Source: an uncultured Actinomycetes bacterium
Lineage (GTDB): Bacteria; Actinomycetota; UBA4738; HRBIN12
Direction of reading: 5' to 3'
Assembly: GCA_963816275.1 (NCBI GenBank)
Contig: CAWFJU010000005.1
Span: 157,900 to 221,899, forward strand
Length of the DNA stretch: 64,000 nt
The position numbers and the translations under genes were made by a program. Shown piece after piece: positions 28,978 to 38,644 of the stretch. How positions within the stretch are numbered: position 1 is the stretch's first letter; each line of letters opens with the position of its first letter. A model generated the notes under the pieces. That model saw only the letters and a list, made by a program, of their open reading frames with translations. It had not been told where the DNA came from and did not search any database.

Positions 28978-30630
28978 ATGACTCACGGTCGGCGGAGTGT
29001 CAACGACGCCGCCTCGTTCCGCTCCCGTTCACCGAACGGCCCGTCCTGGGTCGTCTCCGTATGCGAGCATCACGGGGTGAACGCCGTCCCCCGCCCAGCG
29101 CCCGACGACCGGCCGTTCGCCGTGGTCGACATCGGCTCGAACTCGGGGAGGATGATCGTCTTCCGGCTCCGCGAGGGTGAGCACCTCGACGTGCTCGAGG
29201 ACGCCCGAGCCCCGCTGCGGCTGGCGCGCGCCCTCCGCGGTTCGAACGAGCTCGGACCCGACGCGATCGAGCGAACGGTCGAGGCGCTCCGCGACTTCGT
29301 GGCGGTGGCCAACGGGGCCGGCGCCGAGCGGATCATCGCGGTGGCGACCTCGGCCGTCCGCGACGCCACCGACGGCGAGGAGCTCGTGACGCGCGCGAAC
29401 CGACTGGGCGTTCCGTTGCAGACGATCGACGGCGACCATGAGGCGCGGCTCGGCTTCCTGGGAGCGGTGCACGACCTGCCGGTGCGCAGCGGCTTCACGA
29501 TGGACATCGGGGGCGGCAGCGTCGAGCTCTCGAGGTTCCGCGAGCGGCACCTGATGCGTTCATGGTCGCTCCCGCTCGGATCGCTCCGCGTGAGCGACCG
29601 GTTCCTGGAGTCCGACCCGCCGTCGGACAAGGAGATCCGGGCGCTCCGGAAGGCGGTCGACGAAGCCCTGGACACCGCCGGGATCACCGAGCTCACGCGC
29701 GATGAGGAGCTGGTCGGGATCGGCGGCACCGTCCGGAACCTCGCCAAGGTGGACCTGAAGCGCACCGAGTATCCGATGCCGCTCCTCCACGGCTACCGGC
29801 TCCCCTCCGAGCGTCTCGGCGCATTGATCGACGATCTCGCTGGTCGCTCGATGAAGCGACGGGCACAGGCGCCCGGGCTGAACCCGGATCGCGCCGACAC
29901 GATCGTGGGAGGCGCGCTGGTGGCGCACGGGATCGCGCACCGCGTGGGCGCCGAGGACATCGTCGTGTCCAGCCGCGGTCTTCGCGAGGGCCTGGCGTTG
30001 ACCACCGCCGCCGGTGGGGGGGTCCCGCCCGCGGACTGGGTCCGGACCATCTCGGTGGCCACGCTCGCCGCTCGGTTCGCGACCTGGGAATCCCCGGTGG
30101 CCGAACGGCGCGCCGGACTCGCGCTCCACCTGCACGGCGCCCTCGACCCTTCGGCGCCCGCGTCCGTGCGCGAGATGCTGGAGCACGCGGCGACGATCCT
30201 CGACGTGGGGCGCGCGATCGACTACTACGACCGATTCGAGCACGCCGCGATGATCGTGATGGCGGCCGACCTGGCCGGGTTCTCGCACGCCGATCTCGGG
30301 GCGCTCACGGCGATCCTGCGGCAGGCCGACGACGACACACGGCTCGGGCCGTACGGCCGACTCGTCCTGGAGGAGGACCGCAAGGCCGTGCTCCGCGCCG
30401 CATCGACCCTCGCGCTCGCCGACGAGCTCAACCGCCGGATCCCCCCGGCCACCGCCGCGCCGCTCAGCTGCAACTGGATGCGGGGCGGCTTCGAGGTCGT
30501 CGCGCCCGTTCCCTCGGGTTGGAAGCCCCGCGGGGTCGCCGACCGCTTCAAGCGGGTGTTCGGCAAGCCTCTCCTCGTCGTCGCGAACGACAGCATCGCG
30601 GCGCTCGCCCCGGCGTCCGACGGCGACTAG
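28978..30630 (+). CDS. Ppx/GppA-family exopolyphosphatase/pppGpp phosphohydrolase
   Basis: 550-aa ORF with FAVVDIGSNSGRMIVF, AVATSAVRDATDG and DIGGGSVEL motifs plus a C-terminal HD-like region. The true start may be the in-frame GTG at 29077. Confidence 0.9.
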   Translation: MTHGRRSVNDAASFRSRSPNGPSWVVSVCEHHGVNAVPRPAPDDRPFAVVDIGSNSGRMIVFRLREGEHLDVLEDARAPLRLARALRGSNELGPDAIERTVEALRDFVAVANGAGAERIIAVATSAVRDATDGEELVTRANRLGVPLQTIDGDHEARLGFLGAVHDLPVRSGFTMDIGGGSVELSRFRERHLMRSWSLPLGSLRVSDRFLESDPPSDKEIRALRKAVDEALDTAGITELTRDEELVGIGGTVRNLAKVDLKRTEYPMPLLHGYRLPSERLGALIDDLAGRSMKRRAQAPGLNPDRADTIVGGALVAHGIAHRVGAEDIVVSSRGLREGLALTTAAGGGVPPADWVRTISVATLAARFATWESPVAERRAGLALHLHGALDPSAPASVREMLEHAATILDVGRAIDYYDRFEHAAMIVMAADLAGFSHADLGALTAILRQADDDTRLGPYGRLVLEEDRKAVLRAASTLALADELNRRIPPATAAPLSCNWMRGGFEVVAPVPSGWKPRGVADRFKRVFGKPLLVVANDSIAALAPASDGD

Positions 30631-30652
30631 CATCCCCGCGGGAGGAGGTCGG

Positions 30653-31498
30653 ATGACGCTCAACGTCTTCATCTCGGTCGACATGGAGGGCATCGCGGGG
30701 ATCACGACCCTGCGCCAGACGTTCCGCGGCACCGACGACTACGTGTGGGGTCGCCGACTCATGACCGAGGAGACGAACGCCGCGATCGCCGGCGCCTTCG
30801 ACGCCGGAGCCGACACGGTCGTGGTCACCGACTCCCACGGCGACATGGGGAACCTCCTGCCGCACGACCTCGACCCACGCGCCGAGCTCGTGCAGGGCAC
30901 CCCGAAGGTGCCGTTCAGCATGATGACCGGCATCGACGAGGGGTTCTCGATCGCCGCGTTCATCGGCTACCACGCGGGCGCCGGCACGCCCGACGCGATC
31001 CTCGATCACACCTACACAGGCTTCATCACGGACGTGCGGGTGAACGGCGACACCTGGAACGAGACGCACCTGAACGCGGCCCTCGCCGGGACCTTCGGCG
31101 TGCCGGTCGGATTCGTGGCCGGCGACCGCGCCTGTTGCGAACAGGCCGTGGAGAAGCTCCCCTGGGTCGCGACCGTCGCCGTGAAGGACGGGTTCGGCAA
31201 CCGCGTCGGGCGCTCTCGATCGCCCGAGACGGCGCGGGCGGAGATCCGCAGGGTGCTCGGCGAGGCCGTGCGGCACCCCGAGCGGCTCGAGCTGTTCGTG
31301 CCATCGGGACCGTTCGCGCTCGAGGTCGACGTGATCAACACCGCGGCCGCCGACATGTGCGCGCTCGCGCCCGGGACCGAACGTCGTGCGCCGCGTGGCG
31401 TTCGGTTCGAGACGCCCGATATCCGCGAGCTCTACCGATGCCTGCTGACCTGGATGAACCTCGGGCAGCGCGTGGCGCCGAGCTACACGATCGAGTAG
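30653..31498 (+). CDS. M55-family metallopeptidase (D-aminopeptidase DppA-like)
   Basis: 281-aa ORF. The sequence VFISVDMEGIAGIT...VVVTDSHGDMGNL...IGYHAGAGT is typical of Peptidase_M55. Confidence 0.9.
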   Translation: MTLNVFISVDMEGIAGITTLRQTFRGTDDYVWGRRLMTEETNAAIAGAFDAGADTVVVTDSHGDMGNLLPHDLDPRAELVQGTPKVPFSMMTGIDEGFSIAAFIGYHAGAGTPDAILDHTYTGFITDVRVNGDTWNETHLNAALAGTFGVPVGFVAGDRACCEQAVEKLPWVATVAVKDGFGNRVGRSRSPETARAEIRRVLGEAVRHPERLELFVPSGPFALEVDVINTAAADMCALAPGTERRAPRGVRFETPDIRELYRCLLTWMNLGQRVAPSYTIE

Positions 31499-31502
31499 CG
31501 AG

Positions 31503-32459
31503 CTAGGGATCGCGCGGATCGGCTTCGGCCGTGCGTCGGTAGGCCTCTTCGACCACCCGCATGACGACGCGGCCGTCCTCGCCGCTCGGACGCGGCTGCC
31601 GGCCCTCCGCGATCGCGTCCAGGAACGCCCGCACCTGCGCCGAGTACATCGGCTGCGTGCAGTGCTCGTAGTCCTCCGACGGTTCCTCGGGCGGCCAGAT
31701 CCGCGCGTAGCCCTCGGTCCCGTACACCTCGGTGTCGGCTTCGAGCCCGCCGAGATGCGGCTGCCACCATCCGGACTCCACGACGCTGTTCGTGCCGTTG
31801 GCCCAGCGGATCAGCAGGATCCCGTCGTCGTCGACCGTGTAGCGCCCATCGGCGTATCGCGTGCCGATCGCCGCGCACACCGATCCCGGGTCCGGGTCGC
31901 CCAGGAGGAACCGCGCCGTGTCGATCGCGTGCACGCCCATGTCCAGGAGCGCGCCCCCGCCGGCCAGCGCGGGATCGGTGAACCACCCGCTCGGGCCCCA
32001 TCCCGCGTGCACCCCGTAGCCGCGCGTCTTGACGATCGCACCGAGCTCGCCCGCCGCGATCCGATCGCGGAGCGCGATCACCTCGTCCCGGAACCGCCAG
32101 CAGTGCGCGACCATCAACGAGGCCCCGGAGGCCGCGGACGCCTCGATCATCGCGTCGCACTCGGCCACGCTCGTGGCCATCGGCTTCTCCACGAGCACGT
32201 GCGTGCCCGCACGTAGCAGCGCGATCGTCTGCGGGGCGTGCAACGCGTTGGGCGTGGCCACGATCGCCGCGTCCAGCGAGGGATCGGCAGCGAGGGACGC
32301 CCAGTCGGTCGTGACGTGCCCGATCGCGTATCGTTCGGCGAAGGCGCGCGCCGTCTCCTCGCGGTGGTTGGCGACCGCGACGAGCTCGTCGCCGTGCGCC
32401 AGCACCCCGCGGGCGTGGAAGTCCTGGATCCACCCGCAGCCGAACAGCGCGACGCGCAC
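31503..32459 (-). CDS. Gfo/Idh/MocA-family NAD(P)-dependent oxidoreductase
   Basis: 318 aa from GTG 32459 (VRVALFGCGWIQDFHARG...VATPNALHAPQTIALLRAGTHVLVEKPMA). It is the last gene of the minus-strand sugar-transport operon. Confidence 0.9.
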   Translation of the reverse strand: MRVALFGCGWIQDFHARGVLAHGDELVAVANHREETARAFAERYAIGHVTTDWASLAADPSLDAAIVATPNALHAPQTIALLRAGTHVLVEKPMATSVAECDAMIEASAASGASLMVAHCWRFRDEVIALRDRIAAGELGAIVKTRGYGVHAGWGPSGWFTDPALAGGGALLDMGVHAIDTARFLLGDPDPGSVCAAIGTRYADGRYTVDDDGILLIRWANGTNSVVESGWWQPHLGGLEADTEVYGTEGYARIWPPEEPSEDYEHCTQPMYSAQVRAFLDAIAEGRQPRPSGEDGRVVMRVVEEAYRRTAEADPRDP

Positions 32460-32461
32460 GG

Positions 32462-33361
32462 CTATCCCTTGACGCCGGTCAGCGTCACGCCCTCGACGAA
32501 GACGCGCTGGGCGAGGAAGAACAGCACGATGATCGGCAGCATCATCAGTGCGGACGCCGCCATCGTGAGGTTCCACTGTGCGAGGTAGCGGGTCTTGAAC
32601 TCCGCCAGGCCGATCGCGAGCGTGTAGAGCTTCGGGTTGTTCCCGACGAACAGGAGCGGCGCGAAGAAGTCGTTCCACGCGTACAGGAAGTTGAAGAGCG
32701 CCACGGCGGCGATCGCGGGCTTGGCCAGCGGCACGATGACTTTGGTCATGATCTGCCATTCGCTGGCGCCGTCGACCCGGGCGGCGTCCGAGAGCTCATC
32801 CGGGATCGACATGAAGAACTGTCGGAGCAGGAAGATCGAGAACGCGTCGCCGAAGAAGCTCGGCAGGATCAGCGGCGTGAGGTGCCCGATCCACCCGAGC
32901 CGGACGAACACGATGTACAGCGGCACGATCGTGACCTGGAACGGGAGCATCAGGGTGGCGAGCACGACGACGAAGGCCGCCTGACGACCCCGCCACTGCA
33001 TCCGCGCCAGCGCGTACGCCACCGGCACACACGACACCACGGTACCGACCGTGGAGAGCACGGCCACCTGGGTGGTGTTCCACGTGTACCGGAGCAGCGG
33101 GATCTCCGAGAACACGTCCAGGTAGTTCTGCGGGTGGAAGGGGCTGGGCCACAGCGACGACGTGAGCGCCTGCTTCGGCGTCATCAGCGACGTCACGATG
33201 ATGAAGAAGATGGGAACCATGAACATCGCCGCGACGACGATCAGGACCGTGTGGTCGATGAAGGCGCGAAGGACCCTGTGCCGACGCGTCGCCTGCGGCA
33301 CCGGGCGCACGACGATCTCGTCGGCGCTCGTGTACGTCGCCGTTCCCGCGCGGACGCTCAC
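32462..33361 (-). CDS. Carbohydrate ABC transporter permease (MalG/CUT1 type)
   Basis: 299 aa from GTG 33361, which overlaps the upstream stop (GTGA). An EAA loop is present (DELSDAARVDGASEWQIMTKVIVPLAKPA). Confidence 0.9.
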   Translation of the reverse strand: MSVRAGTATYTSADEIVVRPVPQATRRHRVLRAFIDHTVLIVVAAMFMVPIFFIIVTSLMTPKQALTSSLWPSPFHPQNYLDVFSEIPLLRYTWNTTQVAVLSTVGTVVSCVPVAYALARMQWRGRQAAFVVVLATLMLPFQVTIVPLYIVFVRLGWIGHLTPLILPSFFGDAFSIFLLRQFFMSIPDELSDAARVDGASEWQIMTKVIVPLAKPAIAAVALFNFLYAWNDFFAPLLFVGNNPKLYTLAIGLAEFKTRYLAQWNLTMAASALMMLPIIVLFFLAQRVFVEGVTLTGVKG

Positions 33362-34248
33362 TTGAACATGCCGCCCTGGTAGTGGACCCAGCGCTTGGAG
33401 GTCCTGAGCAGCGCGATCGTGCACGCCATCGTGATCACGAACAGCACCCATGCCAGGGCCGACGCGTAGCCCATCCGGAAGTAGTTGAAGCCCTGCTGGT
33501 AAAGATAGATCGCGTAGAACAACAGGGAGTTCTGTGGCGCCCCGAGCGCCGAGCGTTGCCCGCCGAGCGTGGTGCTCGCCACGTACGCCTGCGTGAAGTA
33601 CTGGAACGCCTGGATCACGCCGATCACGAGCGTGAAGAAGATGACCGGCGTGATCATCGGGAGGGTCACGCGCCGGAACTTCTGCCATGCACTCGCGCCC
33701 TCGATGTCGGCGGCCTCGTACAGCTGCTGCGGCACGTCGAGGAGACCGGCGAGGAAGATGATCATCGCCTCCCCCACCCCCCACAGCGCCAGGATCACGA
33801 GCGCCCATTTCGACGAGGTCGGGGAGTAGAACCACGTCGGCGGGTGCGACATGCCCAGCGCCGAGAGGAAGCGGTTCACGGCGCCGTACGACGGATTGAA
33901 CAGGAACAGGAACGCGAGTGCCGCGGCCACGACCGGAGCGATCGCCGGGAGGAAGAACAGGGTGCGATAGACCTTGACGCCCCTGCGCGGTCTCGTCAGA
34001 AGCGTGGCGGTGAAGATCGCGAAGACGATCTGCAGCGGGACCGCGACCACGATGAACCACACGGTGTTCCTGATCGCCTGCCAGAACAGCGTGTCCTCGG
34101 TGAACATGTACTTGTAGTTGTCGAGCCCGATCCAGATCGGCGACCCGATCAGGTCGTAGTGCGTGAAGGAGAAGTAGAGGCTCGAAACCATCGGATACAG
34201 GATGAACACGGTGAACCCGATGATCCACGGCGACATGAACAGGAGCAC
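33358..34248 (-). CDS. Carbohydrate ABC transporter permease (MalF/CUT1 type); N-terminus probably longer
   Basis: 296-aa ORF with an EAA loop (YEAADIEGASAWQKFRRVTLPM). The in-frame upstream sequence reads ...IRARRPRSRRRRTHWPTV up to an ATC-ATC pair at 34333-34338, just after a GGGAG box, but it has no canonical start codon. Confidence 0.85.
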   Translation of the reverse strand: MLLFMSPWIIGFTVFILYPMVSSLYFSFTHYDLIGSPIWIGLDNYKYMFTEDTLFWQAIRNTVWFIVVAVPLQIVFAIFTATLLTRPRRGVKVYRTLFFLPAIAPVVAAALAFLFLFNPSYGAVNRFLSALGMSHPPTWFYSPTSSKWALVILALWGVGEAMIIFLAGLLDVPQQLYEAADIEGASAWQKFRRVTLPMITPVIFFTLVIGVIQAFQYFTQAYVASTTLGGQRSALGAPQNSLLFYAIYLYQQGFNYFRMGYASALAWVLFVITMACTIALLRTSKRWVHYQGGMFK

Positions 34249-34346
34249 CGTCGGCCAGTGCGTGCGACGCCGCCGCGAGCGCGGGCGTCGAGCCCGGATG
34301 CTCGCGGCGGCGTCGGCGGTGTTCGAGGCGACGATGATCGGGCTCC

Positions 34347-35684
34347 CTACGGCGCCTGCGCCTGGGCCAGCTGATCGTTGATCTGCTTGGCCACGTCATC
34401 GAGTCCGGCCTGCAGGTCGTCCACCTTCCCTGCCTGCCACTTCTCGATGAACGCCGCCATCAGGTCCTGGTCGGCCTGCCCGATCGCCGAGGTCTCCTTG
34501 TAGTGGCTGTTCGGGTTGGCGAAGATATCCAGGAACGTCTGGAACTGCGGCGTCACGTCGAGATCCGGCGAGGTCAGAGCCTCGAGCGTCGTCGGCACGT
34601 TGCGCACCGTGTTCGCCATGTAGACGAGGGTGGGCGTGTCCGTCGCCATCCACGACACCAGGAGCCAGGCCTCCTGCGGGTGCGGAGCCCCCTTCGGGAT
34701 CCCGATGATCGTCCCGCCGACCTGGCCCATGCCATACATGTCGATGTTGGCGTCGGGCACCGGGAACGGAGCCGTCATGAAGTTCACCGCCGGGGGGTCA
34801 CCCATGAAGTTCTCGGAGGTCCGCCACTCGCCGTCGATCGTCATCGCGACGCGGCCGGTCTGGAAGTCCTGCTCCGAGCCCCACTCATCACCCTGGCCGG
34901 CCACGAACCGCTGCAGGTTGTCGTAGCCGTAGAAGTCGACGAGCTCCTTCTGCCAGTTCGCCATGTCCTGCCATGCCGGGTCGGTGTTGACGGCCGACTG
35001 GGAGCCGTCCTCGCTGTACCACTTGGCGTTGAACATCGAGGAGATCGTCACGACGTTGGTCTCGTAGTACGCCATGTAGGGCACGAACCCGGCGACCTTG
35101 ATCGAACCGTCTGGGTTGAAGACGGTGAGCTTCTTGGCCACGTCCACCAGCTCGGACATCGTCTTCGGCGGCTCCGTGATGCCCGCCTTATCGAACATGT
35201 CCTGGTTGTAGTAGAGGCCGTACGCGTCGGTCAGGAAGGGCAGTGCGCACCGGCTGCCGCCGAAGCTCGTGTACTCCTCGACGACCGGCGGGAACTGGGT
35301 CGTGTCGAAGTTGCTCTGCTCGATGAACGGCGTCAGATCCTGCCACGCGCCGCTCTGACAGAACTTGCCGATGTTGTCCAGGCTGAACGAGAGAGCCGCG
35401 TCCGGAGGCGTGCCGCTGTTGATCGCGGCGATCATCTTCGTGTCATCGACGTTGCCGATGCTCTTCACCGTGATCCAGGGATAGGCATCCTCGAACCCCG
35501 CGAAGATCTTGTCGAAGTCCTCGAGCTCCGCCTTGGACGTCCAGGCGCTCCACATCTCGATCGTGACCGGCTCGTGCGACGCGCTCGCGCCCGTGTCGAC
35601 CGGCGACGCAGTCTCGTCGCCACCGGCCGTGCACGCCGCCGACACGAGCGCCATGGCGGCGATCGCGACCAACCAGCGCTTCAT
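34347..35684 (-). CDS. Carbohydrate ABC transporter substrate-binding lipoprotein (family 1)
   Basis: 445-aa ORF with a lipoprotein-type signal (MKRWLVAIAAMALVSAAC) and an SBP_bac_1-like body. Confidence 0.9.
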   Translation of the reverse strand: MKRWLVAIAAMALVSAACTAGGDETASPVDTGASASHEPVTIEMWSAWTSKAELEDFDKIFAGFEDAYPWITVKSIGNVDDTKMIAAINSGTPPDAALSFSLDNIGKFCQSGAWQDLTPFIEQSNFDTTQFPPVVEEYTSFGGSRCALPFLTDAYGLYYNQDMFDKAGITEPPKTMSELVDVAKKLTVFNPDGSIKVAGFVPYMAYYETNVVTISSMFNAKWYSEDGSQSAVNTDPAWQDMANWQKELVDFYGYDNLQRFVAGQGDEWGSEQDFQTGRVAMTIDGEWRTSENFMGDPPAVNFMTAPFPVPDANIDMYGMGQVGGTIIGIPKGAPHPQEAWLLVSWMATDTPTLVYMANTVRNVPTTLEALTSPDLDVTPQFQTFLDIFANPNSHYKETSAIGQADQDLMAAFIEKWQAGKVDDLQAGLDDVAKQINDQLAQAQAP

Positions 35685-35772
35685 CGTGCCCTCCCTCCCC
35701 GAGCATCGCTCGGATGCCTATGAACCCATCTCATCCACGGTGTACTTACGTTCCCGTCGTCGTTCGGGGGTT

Positions 35773-37080
35773 TCATGCGGACACCTTCCCTCGCTCGAAC
35801 AGGCGATCGTGCGCCGCCTGCAGCGCCATCCACACCGCGCCGTGGAGGGTCGCTTCCTCTCCCAGGGTCGAGACCTCGATCCGTGGCCGGAACGGCGAGA
35901 TCTCACGAAGCTCGCGTTCCACCGGCTCCAAGAGCAGATCGGCGTTGCCACCGATCCCGCCGCCCAGGATCACGAGCTCGGGGTCGACGACCGCCGCGGC
36001 GGCGGCGGCGGCGAGCGCGATCCGTTCGGCCTCCGTGGCGACCGCACGCAGTGCCTTTCGATCGCCGACGCGGGCCGCCTCGAACACGCCCTTCGCTGTG
36101 AGCGGCGGCTTCATCCCGAGGGACCGGGCCGCGGCCACGACGCCGGCCGCGCTGGCGGCGGCATCGAGCGCGCCGCGGCGGCGGCTCTCGGCGCTCCGGA
36201 CGTCGGTCCCGGCCAGCGGCAGGTACCCGACCTCGCCGGCGGCACCTGAGCTTCCCCGGTACAGGCGGCCGTCGAGGATCAGACCCATGCCCACGCCGGT
36301 CCCGAGGTGCAGGTAGACGAAGTTCGCGACCCCCCGGCCGCATCCGTGCCATTGCTCACCGAGCGCCGCGAGCTTCACGTCGTTCTCGAACGCGGTCTTC
36401 GTGCCGAGCTCAGCCTGGACCGCCTCGACGATGCCCTCCCGTCCCCATCCGGGCAGGCTGTAGGCGAGGGCCACCTGGCCGCGCTGTGGATCGAACACCC
36501 CCGGGCTCCCGACCGTCGCGAGCGTCACCTGCCGCCATTTGATGCCGGCATCGGCGGCGAGACCGTGCGCGATCGCCCCGATCTGCTGGATCAGCGACCT
36601 CGCGCTCTTCACCTTGGCCCGCTCGTCACGTCGTGCCACGAACGAGCCGGTCACGTCGGCGATCGCCGCCCTAACCCAGTCCCGGCCCACGTCGATGCCG
36701 ACCACCCAGCCGGCGCGGGGGTTCAGTTCGTAGAGCACCGCGGTCGGACCCTTGGATCCTTGGGACCGCCCCGCTTCGCGGACGAGCCTCGAGGTTTCGA
36801 GACCGGCGAGCGCCTGGGACACCGTGGGCTTCGAGAGTGCGGTCTCCCGCGCGATCTGCGCCCGCGAGATCGGTCCGGCCCGGCGCACGCACTCGAGGAC
36901 CGTCCGCTCATTGATGGCCCGGAGGAGACTCGGCGTCCCGGCGGGCGACCGTACCTGGCTCGTGGCGCCCCCCTCCTGCTCAAAGGAAACTTTCCTAACT
37001 ATTCGGGCAGATGCTACGCTCCGGCTCGGACCCGAGTCAAGACAGCCGCCGGTGTGCGGCCCTCGGTCCGCGGGAGGCAC
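35773..37080 (-). CDS. ROK-family transcriptional repressor (CsnR/NagC-like); 5' end uncertain
   Basis: wHTH (LLRAINERTVLECVRRAGPISRAQIARETALSKPTVSQALAGLE) plus a ROK sugar-kinase-like fold (GIDVGRDW..., HLGTGVGMGLILDGRLYRG). The only in-frame start is GTG 37080, 2 nt from the divergent eda start. A TTG at 36981-36983 would give a typical N-terminus if the C6 run at 36968-36973 (G6 in the gene's sense) were one base longer. Confidence 0.85.
   Translation of the reverse strand: MPPADRGPHTGGCLDSGPSRSVASARIVRKVSFEQEGGATSQVRSPAGTPSLLRAINERTVLECVRRAGPISRAQIARETALSKPTVSQALAGLETSRLVREAGRSQGSKGPTAVLYELNPRAGWVVGIDVGRDWVRAAIADVTGSFVARRDERAKVKSARSLIQQIGAIAHGLAADAGIKWRQVTLATVGSPGVFDPQRGQVALAYSLPGWGREGIVEAVQAELGTKTAFENDVKLAALGEQWHGCGRGVANFVYLHLGTGVGMGLILDGRLYRGSSGAAGEVGYLPLAGTDVRSAESRRRGALDAAASAAGVVAAARSLGMKPPLTAKGVFEAARVGDRKALRAVATEAERIALAAAAAAAVVDPELVILGGGIGGNADLLLEPVERELREISPFRPRIEVSTLGEEATLHGAVWMALQAAHDRLFERGKVSA
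36984..36999. promoter_or_regulatory. Palindromic operator candidate AGGAAACTTTCCT(AAC), site 1
   Basis: An AT-rich 13-nt inverted repeat in GC-rich DNA at the ROK/eda divergent region. Its reverse complement, GTTAGGAAAGTTTCCT, is identical over 16 nt to site 2 at 41756-41771. Confidence 0.6.
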
Positions 37081-37081
37081 G

Positions 37082-37696
37082 ATGACGATCCTCGACCTGG
37101 GACGAGTGGTGGGTATCGTGCGCTATCGGACGGTCGGTGATCTGGACGCCGTCCTTGCGGTCCTCGTCGAGTCCGGGATCGCGGTCGTCGAGATCACGTT
37201 GGACACGCCGGAGGCGCTCGCCGCGATCTCGCGAGCGGCCGACGCCGGGATGATGGTCGGAGCCGGGACGGTCCGGTCGATGGACGACGTGCGCGCGTCC
37301 GCGGAAGCGGGAGCCCGATTCGTGGTCTCCCCCAGCCTGATCGACGACGTGGTCGAGGGCGCGCTGCGGCTGGGGATGGAGCCGATCCCCGGGGTCCTCT
37401 CTCCGACGGAACTGGATCGAGCGGCAGCGCTGGGCGCCGAGTCCGTCAAGGTCTTCCCGGCGGGTCCCGTGGGAGGGCCGGCGTTCATCTCGGCCCTCCG
37501 GGGCCCGTACCCGGAGTTCGGGCTCCTGCCCACGGGCGGCGTGGAGATCGACGAGATCCCTGCCTACCTCGACGCTGGAGCGACCGCCGTCGGGGTCGGT
37601 GGATCCCTCGCCGGACGACGGCCGCCGGCCAACGACGACGAGTTCGAGGCGCTCCGCGCCCGGGCGGTCGCGACCGCGCAGGCGGCGGGGCGGTGA
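37082..37696 (+). CDS. eda: KHG/KDPG aldolase (2-dehydro-3-deoxy-phosphogluconate aldolase family)
   Basis: 204 aa from ATG 37082 (VVGIVRYRT...VVEITLDTPEALAAI...GAGTVRS...FVVSPS...PGVLSPTE...KVFPA). Confidence 0.85.
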   Translation: MTILDLGRVVGIVRYRTVGDLDAVLAVLVESGIAVVEITLDTPEALAAISRAADAGMMVGAGTVRSMDDVRASAEAGARFVVSPSLIDDVVEGALRLGMEPIPGVLSPTELDRAAALGAESVKVFPAGPVGGPAFISALRGPYPEFGLLPTGGVEIDEIPAYLDAGATAVGVGGSLAGRRPPANDDEFEALRARAVATAQAAGR

Positions 37697-38592
37697 CCGG
37701 GTTCGACCTGATCGCGCTCGGAGAGACGATGGTGTCGCTGATCGCCACCGACGGCGACCTGATGACGGCGAGCACGTTCACGGCCACCCACGGCGGCGCC
37801 GAGAGCAACACGTGCGTCGCGATGGCGAGACGCGGGCTCCGCGTCGCGTGGGTGAGCCGGCTCGGCGACGACCCGGCCGGTCGCCGGATACGCGCCGACC
37901 TGGACCGCGAGGGTGTCGACCTCGGGTGGGTCCGCATCGATCCGGCGCATCCGACGGGGCTGATGCTCCGGGATACCGTCGGGGGGGTCCGCTACTGGCG
38001 GTCGGGCTCGGCGGCGAGCGCGTTGTCCCCCGCCGACCTCGACGGGATCCCGCTGGAGGACGCCAGGGCGCTCCTCGTGACGGGGATCACCGCGATGCTG
38101 GGGCCGGAACCGCGCGCCGCGGCGGCCAGGTTCCTGGAGCGTGGGACCGGGATCCGCGCCGTCGATCCCAACCTACGCCCCGGTCTTCCCGGTTCCTCCG
38201 ACCCGGGAGCGGCGGTCGGGCCGCTGATCGAGCGGTGTGGGGTCGTGCTGGGCGGTGAGGCGGAACTGCAGGCCGTGATCGGCAGCCGGGAGCGGGGTGA
38301 GGCGCTCGCCCGTGCGGTCGCGCGGCTCGGCCCGGAGGAGGTCGTGATCAAGCGGGGGGACGCGGGGGCCGCCGTGCTGGACGCCGCGGGCGATTGGCAC
38401 GAGCATCGTCCACGGCCCCACGCCGAGATCGACCCGGTCGGCGCCGGCGACGCCTTCAACGCCGGCTACCTCGCGGCGCGGCTGCGCGGGGACGCGCCGT
38501 CCGACGCCCTCGCGACCGGTGCGACCGACGGCGGGCTCGCAGCCGGTACGTTGGGAGACGTCGGCATCTCCAGGGAGGGGATGCGTGCCTGA
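37693..38592 (+). CDS. PfkB-family sugar kinase (2-dehydro-3-deoxygluconokinase-like)
   Basis: 299-aa ORF that overlaps the eda stop by 4 nt. Contains GGAESNTCVAMARRG and the C-terminal DPVGAGDAFNAGYL motif. Confidence 0.85.
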   Translation: MTGFDLIALGETMVSLIATDGDLMTASTFTATHGGAESNTCVAMARRGLRVAWVSRLGDDPAGRRIRADLDREGVDLGWVRIDPAHPTGLMLRDTVGGVRYWRSGSAASALSPADLDGIPLEDARALLVTGITAMLGPEPRAAAARFLERGTGIRAVDPNLRPGLPGSSDPGAAVGPLIERCGVVLGGEAELQAVIGSRERGEALARAVARLGPEEVVIKRGDAGAAVLDAAGDWHEHRPRPHAEIDPVGAGDAFNAGYLAARLRGDAPSDALATGATDGGLAAGTLGDVGISREGMRA

Positions 38593-38644
38593 ATCGTTCG
38601 ACGACGACGGCCCCGTGGCCGCCGCAGCCCGAGAGGAGCAGACG

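Noticed and set aside
35995-36015. A (GCG/GGC)n trinucleotide run.
   Set aside because: It lies inside the ROK gene and simply encodes an in-frame poly-Ala stretch (AAAAAAAV). It is too short to treat as a repeat feature.
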